Origin: Octopus vulgaris
Lineage: Eukaryota
Reading direction: 5' to 3'
DNA: 64,000 nt
Assembly (NCBI GenBank): GCA_951406725.2
Contig: OX597819.1
Coordinates: forward strand, 30,814,001-30,878,000
Both the position numbers and the translations under genes were made by a program. The notes under the pieces were generated by a model, which was not told the origin of the DNA, ran no database searches, and saw nothing but the letters and a program-made list of their open reading frames with translations. This document shows, piece by piece, positions 29,562 to 43,586 of the stretch. The first letter of the stretch is position 1. Every line of letters begins with the position of its first letter.

Positions 29562-32500
29562 CAGAAATAGAGAAAAGAGAGAGAGTGCTGTGTAACAGTT
29601 TAAACCCTCATAAACACACAGACAATATAACAAATATAATATATTCCACTTACATGTTCGATCAGCTTTTTTGTCAGTTTCTCTGTCGTTCGATCTGAGA
29701 CTTTTGAAGATAATTTCAATTTCTATAAGAAAAGAAATAGAAGAAATATTTTTATAAACATAATACCATCTTTTTGGTGAAATCTTTAAAATATACAAAC
29801 AAAATGAAACTCATCTGAACAACCCAAATATTTTTCTGCTCAGAAAGAGATATAAAAAAATGTGTTTACATTTCATAATAAAGATTATAATTAAAAATTG
29901 CAGGTAGACCTATAAAAGCTATGAGACAGGCTTGAAAAGACTAGAAGAAAGGAGGAAGCAAAGAGCAAAACAAAGTAGCTAGAAAGTAGATGTCAGAAGC
30001 ATTTGACTATAGTTGAACCAGAAATTAAGAGGTCCTACTATATATAATGAAGCACATGAGATGTTCATCATTGCATGACAGCCATCATCATCATTATTTT
30101 AATGTTCACTTTTCCATGCTTACATGGGTCATACAAAATTTGTTGAGACAGATTTTCTACAGCTGGATGTCCTTCTGTTCACCAACTCTCACATATTTCT
30201 AAATAAGGTAATATCAGTTCCACTCCTTTGATCACGAACAGCATAACAGCTGGACATGATTTCATGGAAGATTGCAAATGAAAGACACCACTTGTACGAC
30301 AGTGACATTCATTTACAATAAGCATACAATGTCAAGACAAGGAAGCACAAATACATACCCCAACACATACATGCAAGGGGCTTCTTTCAGTTTCCTCCCA
30401 CTAAATCCATCTACAAGGTTTTATTTTGTAGAAGACATTTGCTCCAAGTGCTGCATAGTAGGATTGGACCTAAAACCACAGAGCTGGGAAGTGAACTTCT
30501 TAACCACATAACCATGCTCGTGCCTATTAGTGTACTAGTGTACTAGAGAAAACTGAAAAGTCATTGGGGAGGAATGTATGACATTTATCCTAAGTAATCA
30601 TGCAAAGAAAGAGATATGGAAGTGCTATTATGAAAGACTGTTGAATGAGGAGAATTTATAGGGAAAAAAAGGGTCCAGATCAAGTAGACCCAACAGAGGA
30701 ACAAGCTTTTTAAGGATATGAAGGTATAGAAGACAGCTGGACATTAACTATAGCTAAGCTGAAAATATCTGGCAAGGTACAGGTCACATGCTAATCATAC
30801 ACAAAATCAATTAGCTAATGCAGGAAGATATCATGCCCAGTGATTGGTGTAATAGTCCCACTGTCAACTACTACAAAGGCAAATGATATGCAGTGGAGAG
30901 AGGAAACTACAGAGGTATCAAATTGATGAACCAGGTTATGAAAGTTATTGAATGAGTCATACTGTAATTGATTAGAAAAAGATTTAGCTTAGATGAGGAA
31001 CAACTTGGGCTTGTGCCAAGAAGTAATGCTACTAATACCCTCTGCTGAGTGAGACAACTGTAGAAGAAGTATGAAGTATTCAGCTACACATAAGCCACTG
31101 TACGTAGCATATGGTGACCTGTGAAAGACTTCTGAGAAGCTTCTACACTCAGTAATCTAGTGACTGCTGTAAAAACTAGGGGTAAATGAGCAACTTGTGA
31201 CTGCCATCATATCATGTATATAGGCACAGGCAGCAAGGTGTGAGTTAGCAATGAGTACTGCAACAAATTTAGCATACAAGAAGAGGGCTACCGAGGTTCA
31301 ATCTTCAGTCTCCTATTATCATTGTCCTCCAGGATATAACAGAAGAGTTTAAGATCAGCTGTCTATGGGAATTCCTATATACTGATGACCTATTTCAGAT
31401 CTAGTCTTTCTCTTTTGCAAAATGAGCCCCACTTAATTTTGTTCAGATTGCTCTCAATCAATGCAACTTTGAATTTTGATTATGATCAACTAATTACTTT
31501 ATCTTGTAAATTAAAGAATCTGATGTTATTTGGAATTAAAGTTGGGAAATTTGGGTAATTTTGGCCAATCAATAGACAGCATGGCATTAGTAGCTTGTTA
31601 CCATGACAACCACACACTGTGTTGTGGTTCACCATTGTCTACGTTGATTTTTCACACTTGATTCTTCACACCACGAGATTCTTTTCACCTGCGTGTTTTG
31701 TTTTTTCTGTATGTTAGTATATTATATACCTTTCTGTGCTTCTGTGTGTTAGTATTTTTATATATTTTTCATTTCATATATTTTTGGGACTCATTGACTT
31801 AGATAGCTGGATTTATGATTTCACTAAGTTAATTCTGTTCATAAAAATTTAAATTAGGAGTATTTTTTAAACCATTAGCTTCCCATTTCAACAACTTAAC
31901 TGAAATTTAGCCCACGTAACAGGAACTGAGAGGGATGTCGTGGAACAGAGAAACTGTGGGCAATACTGTGGGCGATACAGACAATTTGACATAATTTTGA
32001 ATTATGCATGCAAAAACGTATAAGATACAGGTATTCTTTTTCTTGGGACAAATTCTTTATTGACCAGTGTTATTATTATCATAGTTTACAAATCGAAGCA
32101 TGAAAACATTACTCAACTTTGGAATTTTGGAGACAGACACACACACATATGAATGCATAAATGTACACAAATACATGACAGGTATACATAATACTGAAAT
32201 ACGCATAAATTAAACACATGCAGGAAAATATATCAATATAACAAATTAAAAAAATAATGAAATAATACAATTAATGAAGAAGCAAGAGAAACAGTAAGAT
32301 GATACATGTTGATTTTCTTAGGTATTTCTGTTTATTTAGAGAGCTACTATGAACAGGTCAGATGCTAAACTATAAATTTCACAGGGTACAACCTTAAAGT
32401 TGACACTGCTCTGCTAAACACAGAAAATTTCTGTCTCACTATTGACTATAAATACATAGTTTTTACAATTTTTTAAACATCTGTAACTTTTTTTCTCCAC

Positions 32501-35500
32501 AACATCATACATTCAAAGCAATGAGACCGGAAGGCTACATTATTATAGCCAATTTGCAGATGTTTTACTTCCTTTTAAAAAATGCATATTTTGTGAATGA
32601 AAAAAAACTAGATCCCCTAGTTCTTGTAACTAAACCCATAGCAGAATAAGAGAACAAATTACAGATGTAAAAACAAATGTAGAATTGAGAGGTCTGAAAG
32701 TGAACTTAGCAAATACTAAAGTTCTAGTAAATAGGAAAGAAGACAGTACTCTGCTATTATTGATGAAATGATGATGCTTGATATGCAGAAAGGAAGTAGA
32801 CAGAAATTCCATATGATGTACTCAATGTAAACAATGGACACATGAAAGATGTGTGATCACCGGCAGGCTAATAGAGAAGATAGACTTTGTATATGGCAGA
32901 TGCTCAGGAGCAGTAAGCACTAAGAATGCACATGAAACAGATTTCCTCAAATGCCTGGAAGGCTCACTAGAAGTAGTTAATGGCTTTTGTTATGTAGGTG
33001 ACCTAATTAGCAGTGGAGATGGATGTTCCAAAATAATAGTAACCAATGAAAGAATTATGTGGAATGGTTAATGTGAGAGCTATGAACAGACAATATGATA
33101 GGAGACAACACAAATGAATTGAGAGTGCTCGAATGGAGGTGACACAAGATCAGCTGGCTTGGAGGCACAGAGGTCATTGTAGGAGCATGGAAGGCATAGA
33201 GAGGAGACACCATCATGCCTGTGGGTCAGAGGTTAGAGTATATCTGTTAGTGATTTCACAACAATCAATCAGGCAATATTTCATGTTATGTGGTCTTAGA
33301 TTTATGTGTGTATAGCAGGAAGATTTTTCCACATGTGGAAGCAATATTTCATTGCTGAGCTCTGTAAAAGCTTGATAGTTATTGAGAAACTGAAGAATAA
33401 AGTCAGTCTTTGCTATGTCACACTTTGCTGGAGAGTAAAGAAGACTGCGAGAAAGAAGAGACCAAAGCATTTGAACTCTTACTGGAATTTTTCTATGGAC
33501 TAATAACTAAAGCAGATCATCACCCACTGTCTTACATTCCTGATTTTACCAAATTCTATAGCTAATCTATCAGGACTTTTATAAACATTCATTTGTAACT
33601 TGTCTATCTTGGCTTAAAAACAAAACTGTGGAATCTGAACTTACTCTGTTTCGTAATTCTGTTTCTATACTGCTCATTCTTTTCTTTAATTCGTCGATGG
33701 TTTCTGTAAACTTATAATTTGTTTCTGCAATGAAGAAATAGAAAATTTTAAGAGGAATTATATAGAAGAGTAGTTGATGAAAGTGAAATGATGGTTTATA
33801 TACCAGTCTCTTTTGTATATATTGTGAGGTTAAAATTGTCATAAGCTACAGAGAACTGGTCCATCTTCAACACCTGAGCCTGCTAGCCAGCCAGCTTGCT
33901 GTTTGTCTTTGTGTGTGTACGTGTGTGTGTACGTGTGTGTGTGTGTGTGTGTGTGTGTGCATGCATGCTCTTTATATTTCTTTTATATAACACACACATA
34001 CACACACACGTATAATGGACTCTCTTGTTGATTTCAACATTCAAGGGTCTGACAGCATAGTTTTAAACTTTTGTTTTAGTTCTGCTGTCTATGTCTCTTA
34101 TGAGACTTTAATGCAGCCAAAAGTTTAAAGTCAAGTCCACAGATAAGACATAAGAATGGATTATATTGGACTGGATTGACTATGTTCAGTCCACTATAAG
34201 ATGGAGGCCTCTGCATGTTCTCTCCATCAACCACAGTCTAGTGTGCAGGCTGCAAAACTGAGTCTGAGACCATACAGGTTTGATGAGCCTACTCTGTCAC
34301 ACTGGGTTGACATGGCTTGGCAGAGGGTTGCAGTTTTTAAACTCTTATCCACAAGCAGTTACGTTGATTACATTGACCTCATTTCTCAACTGGAACTTTT
34401 TTTATCAACCCAAAAAGGATGAAAGGCAAAATTGACATAGGAGGAATTTGAACTTGGAACATAGGGATAAATGAAATAACACTAAGAATTTTGCCTGGCA
34501 TGCTAACATATATGTATACACTGCATACCACATTATTTGGGAAATCAACGTCTTCTCAATAGATAAAAGCATATTCATTCAAAACCAGTTGTTTTCCCAC
34601 TGACTGTTGGCAACACCTATCTGTGCACATTCTGTTCACTGACAAATGCCTGCTACTCTTGACAGACCAGATGGCTGGAGTAAAGCTTGGGTATCCATCA
34701 GCAGGAACCATCCTCATCATTTGAGACGCCAACAGGGTGGGGGCGAGGTGGGGGTCATACTTTGGGCTGGCATCGTTGATGGTATGATGGTTGGGCCATG
34801 GAAAGTCCCAGATGGCATTAAGGTGACATCGAAAACATATGTTACCTTCTTAAAGGACAATTTCCAACCATGGTTCAGAAAGCAAAAACTTTCATTTAAG
34901 AGAAAGCTGGTCTTAGTGCAAGATAATGCCCCATCACATGCAGTGAAGATTTCTGAGGAATACCTGCAGCAAATATGCTTCTCTGGAGGTCGCTTGATGG
35001 AGTGGTCACCTTGTTCCCCTAAAACCCAAATGAGAACCTGTAGATTGTCCTGAAGAGGCATGTTTACCAAAATGGACAGCAGTCTCCAAGTAAAGCTTCC
35101 ACCTGGGATGCTATTGTAGATGCTGTTCAAAGCATGACACAAGAGGATATCATCACCTTGACAAATTTAATGGATCAGCGCTTAAGCAAGGTTATTGCAT
35201 GTGGAGGATCATACATCAAACATTAAGAGCTGTATGACATCATAATCACATGATTATTTCAATTCCAACATATTATTATGTTTAACATTAAGTCCTTTAT
35301 GAATAACTTTTTTGTTAAACCTTTACTGTTGAACTAAATAAATGTTTGTTCTGATACAATTACCATTTTTGTTATTCTTGCCTAATAATTTGTGACGGTG
35401 AAAATGTTGCCCAATCATAAAAATGGTGCCATTTGTTGGCCTGCTGGTTGGAGATGCCTATCTAGCTCTTGTAAACATATAAGAATTCTAGTGAAATAAA

Positions 35501-38500
35501 TCCACTGATTATAAAAATAGAAATAATACATTTATAAATATCTCAGAGAGATTTATGCAGTAGCGGTATGATAGAGTAGTTGCATACTGTCAACTTAATG
35601 TGACAGGCCATGCTACTCCAGACTGATGACGAGCAAAGACTCAGAAACTAGTCTCTGGTTGCAGGCTTAGCTGGGTGGAGGTGCTTATCTCTCCCTTGTA
35701 AACATAAGTACACAGGAAATGTGTCAAGGCCGACAGAAAGCATTGATGCTTCCTAGGGCTAAATAGCAGTGGTGTGATTCCCTTCATGAGACTGTCACAT
35801 TAAGTTGACAGTATACAACTACTCTATCATATCACTACTGCTTATATCTCTCTGAAATATTTAGAAATGTAATATTTCTATTTTTGTAATCAGTGAATCT
35901 ATTTCACTAGAATTCTTATATGTTTACAAGAGCTAGATGGACATCTGCAACTAGCAAGCCCGACTGATGACAAGCAAAGACTCAGAAACTAGTCTCTGGT
36001 TGCATGCTTAGCTGGGTGGAGGTGCTTATCTCCCCCTTGTAAACATAAGGACACAGGAAATGTGTCAAGGCCAACAGGAAGCATCACAAAAAAAAAAAAA
36101 CAGTTTTACATTAACCTGAAGGATTATTCAATACTTTTTGTAAAGTACATATTTATTACAATTTTACAGGAGTAGTGCTACACACACACAGTGGGGAGGG
36201 ATTATGATTTTGGGGGATGAGTAAATAAACAACAAAGAAACTGGAATGGAAAAGTTGGGGAGAGAAGTTTTAAGGATCAGATGTGAGACAATCAGGTTAG
36301 AAGACAATTTCACAAGGGAATGACATAACTGATTAAAATAAAAAGAAAAGACAGGAAGTAGAAGGAAAACAGTTAATAAATTGACAAAGTTGGAAATGAG
36401 AGAGAGAGGGGGGGGTTAATATAAGTAGGAAAAAAAAAGGGGGATTGGGATTAAAACAACTGATTTATAAGATTAAAGAAAAAATGAGTAATTAGATTAA
36501 AGAGAAATATTGTTTTAGCATTATATAACCATTTGAGAGCAAACATAAAGAGTGAAGCTATAGTATTGGGTGACCAACCAAGAGATCAACAATTTATATC
36601 TTGTCATTAACAATATTTCATGTCAATGACTAACATTTTTAGCTCTGAAATGACCTACTCTGCCTTACTATGAAGAGGTAACATAGGAATGACACAGTTT
36701 TTTGTAGCAACTTTGTGCTATTGGCAGTGTCAATGGCAACTGTGTTATAAACATTGACAAGCATTTTGTTGACTTGCAATGTTTAGTTCAATTATGCTAG
36801 ATACACTACACAGATTGGGGAAAAAAAAGGGAAATAGAAAGGGAGATTAGTTAAATGGAGTGAGAAAAGAGGTAAATAGATTGGAGAATAGACAAATAGG
36901 TTAACCCTTTAGCATTTAAACTGACTATATCAAGCCAAAATATTCTGTTTTATGTTGAACCTGGCAAGTTCTGGCCTCTCACACCTATCCTGCTATGTCA
37001 TTATAAAAAAAAAACTGTCAAATCATTGAAATCTTGAAGCTACAAGATAATCCATGTTTAATTCAAAACAATATGAATGAATAAGCATTACATTTGACAG
37101 AATAATCTGAATGTTAAAAGCTTAATCCTTTTTATCAACCGGGCTGAAACCAGCTTTGGCTCTGTAGTACAAATGTCTTGTTTTCATAAGCTTTGAATTA
37201 AAATTTTCCACCAAACCTTAGTCACAATTTATGTTCCTAACACTAGCTGAAAGATAACTAAGTTATTTTACTAAATTCTTTGTTATATTTAAAGTAATTG
37301 AAACAAACACAGAGCATCTCAAAATTAATACAGTAACAAAAGGGTTAAAGTTATGGGAGACAAGATAATTATACACTAGGGCACAAAACATGGTTAAAAG
37401 ATATGAAATTAGATTGTAAATCAATTAGTGAGGAAAATAACAAACCAACTGCAGGCAATATGAAGACATACAACAAGGATTTTCTCCTACAAATAAAGCA
37501 GATGTGAAGAATATTTACCTGCTCTATGATCTGTACTGGAATGAAATTCAAGCTTGTGTATTGGAATGAACCATTTAACATCAAATGAATCTTTTTGGCT
37601 GAAAGATATAAATAGATTCATCATGCTCATCATTACCGACATCAAAAATATCACTACCCCTTCTCTCTAGAGAGAGAGAGAGAAGAGGGAAGAAGAGGAT
37701 GAGAATAAGAGAAACATTAAATGTCCAATGCCAAATAAGTGAGTGTTGAATCAGGGATACTAAAACAACCCTGTCAAAATGTCTCATGTCCTACATATAG
37801 CATTTGTATGCGTGGCTGTGTGGTAAGAAACCTGCTTCACACCTACACAGTTCTAGCTTCAGCCTCATGGCATGGCACCTTGGACAAGTGTCTTCTTCTA
37901 TAGCCTCAGGATGACCAAAGCTTTGTGAGTGGATTTTGTAGACAAAAACGGAAAGAAGCCCATCATATATATGTATATATCTATGTGTGTGTGTCTTTGT
38001 GTCTGTGTTTGCCCCTCTCCCCGCCACCATCACTGCTTGACAACTGGTTTTGGTGTGTTTACATCCCTGTAACTTAGTGGTTCAGCAAAAGAGACTGATA
38101 GAATAAGTACTAGGCTTTAAAAAATTAAGTCCTAGGGTCAATTTGTTAGACTAAAAACATTCAGAGCGGTGCTCCAGCATGGCCACTACAAACGACTGAA
38201 ACAAGTAAAAGAACAAAAGAATATCTATCTATTTAACACTTTATCAATTTATGAAAGTAAACAACACTATTATTATGTACCATTTCATCTCATGAGTCAA
38301 TTCTTGCAAATATCTGGACATAAAAAGAGGAATCAGCCAGACTTGTTTCAATTCTGCATTAAGATTTCATCAGTGACTGAGTATCTACATTTTTTTTGTC
38401 TATCTACAAATAAACTGCATGTAAAAACAAACTGTTGACATTTGTCTATATTACACAGTGTTAACTAAGTTACAATTATGGTCCCTTGTATAGTATAACA

Positions 38501-38871
38501 TTAAAACAATATGCTGTTAACACACCAGTAATTAATTAATTGACCTAGAGGCCAAGAATGTTTTATATATGTGAATTGGCATCTCCATTTTATTTAAGCT
38601 CTTGGTAGTTTCCATAAATGTGTGTGTGTGTGTATAAATGTCCAACAATGAGAATGAGTGTTGAACATCGTATGGGTAAAAACTCTTTATTTGTGTATTT
38701 TAAGGTTACCATTGGCTTCATGTTAAGAAAATATCTTAATAATTTTTCAAGCTAATCACATGGAGGAATGGTGTTTGTCTCCATGTGATCAGCTTGAATA
38801 ATAGTTAAGATAATAGGATATTTTCTTAACATGAAACCAATGGTAGCCTTAATACACACACACACACACAT

Positions 38872-38916
<45 letters not shown>

Positions 38917-41900
38917 AGGAAGAAGAGAAATCTAGAAAACCAGTGCTTTTAAACAAAATCCCTACTGCTAATTGTTCTGTATGGTCTTAATGACACTTCC
39001 TTATTCTCGTGGTCAGAAATATAGAAATACAGTGAACCAGTCTATTGGAAACCTGTAACAGTCAACAGCACCACTGATCAATTACAATATTAAATAGATA
39101 TAAGAAAAAAAGAATATTACTTACTAGAACTTTTGTTTGGTACAAACAATCACATCACTAAACAGAAAGAAACAACGTAGTTTTCTGGCATTGTTACTGA
39201 GCAATTCTACAAGATGTTCAGCCTTCAGAAGATAATGGTCATTCTCTACCTGTAATATAATATTCGTTAGAAATAATTTAGATTTTTATAAAGGTGCAGA
39301 TGTGGCTGTGTGGTTAAGAAGTTTGCTTCCCAACCAGAGTTAGTACTGGTCGAGAACTAGTGAAATGAAATCCTCTCTCCCTTCAATGCTCATATTGAAC
39401 TTATTCTGCTGGATCAAAGGTGAGAGGATTAAGAGAGTGTCTATTTTTGCTCACAACTACATAGGGACTGAAAACCAATTAGTGAAAGAAAGGTACAAGC
39501 TACCATGTCATACTGACTTGCATGTGACAGCTATGGTGTAACAATATATGGTCTAAGAATAATTCTCATTTACTGGTAGTGATTTTTTCAGGTTATTTCT
39601 ATAAATACTTAAAATCTGTTCAAATTTTTGATGTTTTAATTCACAACATATAGACATCATTTTTGTTGCCAACATTATCATCATTATTATTTTTTCACAT
39701 CCTCTTTCTATGTTAGCATGGACTGGACAGTTCAAATAAGATCTAACAGAGCAGAGAACCACATCTTTTTCCAGTGCCTCAATTTGGACATGGTTTCTAT
39801 GGTTGGATGCCCTTTCTAATACTAAAACTTTACTGAGTAGACAGAGTACATTTTCCATGGCATCAGTACTAGTGAGGTTGTTTTGTGACTCACAAAACTA
39901 AAGAAATCCCTTTACTGAGAAAGAGAAGAATTGAAAGGGAAAAAGCTTTATGTGAGGTGTCTTGAGGGCTTCAAGAATGAGAGTAGAGACAAGAACAGTT
40001 TGTTGTTGGTGAAGAAGATTCATGACTATCATGCATTATATATGAGCTAGTGGGAGCGGATGAGGTCGAACAGGAAAGAGAGATTAGAATTTAGAAATTC
40101 TATTTTATTTTGCTAAAGAGATAGAAGCAGCATTTAAAAAAAAGTATCAAATTATATGTATTTACGCATAAAAATAAAATAATTTCTTTCTGTCCTAAAT
40201 ATTGCAGGCAAAAAAATTTTTTTATTTACAATTATATAAACACTTCTTTTAAACACTTCTTTTAAAAACTTCTATTTGAAACATGCTTGTAAACCACACA
40301 TGATACGTTGTAGCTAAGATGGAAAGTAGAAATATAATTACTTATGGTTTTATGGTATTAACATTTTTACAGGAAGGAAATAATTTATTTCTTTCCAGGA
40401 AATTAAATAATCTATTGAAAATGATAACTAAATAAATATGCTTGTCAATAGTTCCAGAGTTGAATTTGTAATACTTAGCAATATGGCCATTTCTTAATCA
40501 GAAATATAACTACTTAAAGTAGACAATATTCCCAAAAAAGTCAATAAAAATAGTAACATCTTCTAAAAACAATTTTTATTTACATTTTAAGTAGAACACT
40601 AAGTCATTTTTTGTTTAAAGGCAACATTATCAATAGTATTTATCAAATAAATAAAATTAAAGCACAAGAAAACTTTTCTACTGGAAGGAAACAGTTTATT
40701 TCTATTCAGGAAATTGAATAAGCTATTGAAAATGATAAATTAATAAAAATAGATATACATGCCAATGGTCCTAGAGTTACTTGGTATCTATGAAAAATAC
40801 TTAGCAAATATGGCCATTTCTTGATCAGAATTGATTATTTTGATTAAGACTTAATTGATGTGGATGGTAGATGAAAGTTACAGCTGTGGCTCTTAAAGTT
40901 ATGGCATAAACAACCCACCTAGGTGACATGTTCATTCCAAATTACAAACAATTAAATCAGGACCAAAAGGTTAGGGCTGGAGATAATTCTTAGTGCAGTG
41001 GAAGAAGCTGTTCAGTGTTGGTATCGCAATAAAACCTCTTTGTAAAGTTTGTTGGCTGGTGGTAGGCCTTACATATTACCAAGTTTAACATTGCCACTGG
41101 GTTCTTGTGTGCCTTTAATAAAAGTTCTCTCTGTTAGGGTTTGGTTGAAGGCTAAGTGTTCAAACCAGATCCTCTATTCTCTCCTTGCTCCCATTTTAAC
41201 TGCAGATGTTCAGACTGGACATCAACCACACCAGTTCAGTCTAACCAATCCAGGGCGACCAATACATGTTCAGTTTAGACACTGGCTGCATCACTCTCAC
41301 CAGTCTAAGGTGGCCTACAGATGTTCAGGTTGACCATACTACACACCAATCTCACTGTCTGGATGACATTCAAAGGTCATGTAAATTACCTCCACTTCTC
41401 CAGGTTAACTTACATAAAAATATAGGATTGCACCTAGAAAGTTATCTTCTGAGGTACAAGCCTGGGAAAGTTTGTTTATGAAAGACCAGCAGTCACTCGT
41501 GCTTACCAGCCTCCCTTCACCACACCACTGATGTTATCCAAGGGAAAGGCAAAGGCCGATACAGCTTGGCACCAGTGACATTGCAACTCATTTCTATGGC
41601 TGAGTGAACTGGGGCAACATGAAATAAAGTGTCTTGCTCAAGGACACAACACACAGCCTGATCCAGGAATTGAACTCACTACCTCATGATTGTGAGCCCA
41701 ATGCTCAAACACTGCGCCTTGTGCCTTCATATAAAAACATTAAGACCAAAGTAACAGATACTGAGCATTAAAAAAAAATCTATAAAGCCTATCTAAAATG
41801 ATGTTCCTTTTTACTAATACTTATATTCATAAGTATTAGTAAAAAGTATTAGTAATAACAGAAAAAAGTATTAGTAATAACAGTAATAACAGAAAATCAT

Positions 41901-43500
41901 GAAGAGACTAGGAATGAGAATTCTGGTTAAATGTGGGTGGGGAATTAGGGCTTTTTTGTTATTTGCTTATTTATTCATTTATCTATTTTTTCAGGTTGGA
42001 TGTTGAATTTGATGCGACAAATATTTACATACATTGAAACTAAAAATGAGAGTCTAAAATTTGAACTGAATTCAGAATTTAAAGAAAAAAGTTACATTTT
42101 TTTATCAATTCAAATCAAATTTATGGGAAATTTTAACTGTTTCAGTTTAAGTTGAAACATTTTTTCTACTTTTACCTCACAATTTTAGTTTCTAAGATCA
42201 TTTCAGAGCTTTTAATCTGAAGTTTCATCCAAAATTACTGTTTTTAACGTAGGAAAAAAAAGTGGGGGGGGGGTCAGTTGAAATAGTTGAAAATTACTTG
42301 ACCATCAAAAAAAAAAAAAAAGAAAAAAAATTATTGATTAAGTATTTAATCTAGTATCTAAAGATTACTATTTTTGATCAGCTGTTGCAATAATATCCAA
42401 GGATTGCATGTAATGTAAACTTAGAATGCAATTTTAATATTGATCCAAAGATGTTTTTCATTTCTCTTTTTTCCATATACTGCAGCTAATTTTAAACTTT
42501 ATACCATTTGCAGAAGCAGTCATATGGATACTGCAAACTAATAATAGCTTCAAAATATTTAATCTATCATCTTACAGCAGATAACAGCTGTCATGTTTGA
42601 TGTCAGTTATTTTCAAGAAAAGAATAAAAAGAGGTTTGTTATAATTATAAATGATACATGACAAAGTAACGAAATAAGTTATCACAAACCTGATCAGCAT
42701 GAATGGAAGAGTCGTTTAAATTATGTTGTGTAATCCGCCATGTTCCTGACAAAATGTCATAATCTGGATGAGATTTTGGAGTGAACCGTAACAATTCCTG
42801 CAAATAGATTATTAAAAAAAATGAAGTATTTTCTGTACTACTATTTTTGTTCAAATGATTAGTTCTTTCATCCATTTTAAGACATGAAAACATTTTGTAA
42901 AATTTTCAATGCATCACCTATTACTACAGAAGAAATACTTTTCAATGTTTGCTGTAGGCTTTAAAATTTTTTTTTATGATTCCATACAAAACCTAAATTT
43001 TAAAGAGGCATTACATAATCTTTTGTGTATTATTTCTGATGCTTATTTTACCAACTGTAGGTGGAAGAACAGAAAAAAGAATTTGATCACAGATGAGGGA
43101 GGGCTTGAAATAAAATATAGTAACACACTTTTATCATTAACGCATCTATAATAATTGTTTCTAGATACAAAGCCAAGAATTTTGAGGGGAAGGGGTTAGT
43201 TGATACCATTGATTCCTGTACTTGACTAATACTTTATTTTATTAACCCTGGAAAGATGGGAGCAAATTTGACCCCCGTGAGATTTTAACCTACAATATAA
43301 AGAGCCAGAAAAAAATTCACATGACATGTTGTCCAATGCTTTGCTGATTCTGCAAATTCAACTGTTATCTTGATACCAGCTTACATATATAAATCTATAA
43401 CTATGGAACAAAGATATAAACTGTAAGTTTCATCTAACAGCTTCAACTTGATCAGCTGAATAAGCAGTCATCCAAAACTTAAAGTCCTACTCAACACAAA

Positions 43501-43586
<86 letters not shown>

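Larger units (their letters stand above)
35430..36086 (+). mobile_element. Non-autonomous Penelope-type/retrozyme-like element with direct and inverted repeats
   Basis: Direct repeat of about 35621-35745 at 35962-36086, each with a hammerhead; 35430-35606 is an inverted copy of about 35792-35970. Confidence 0.6.

Noticed and set aside
37581-37787. Longer exon using the upstream (CT)n acceptor at about 37666
   Set aside because: That frame hits a stop at 37581; the homologous frame starts at the cag acceptor at 37598.
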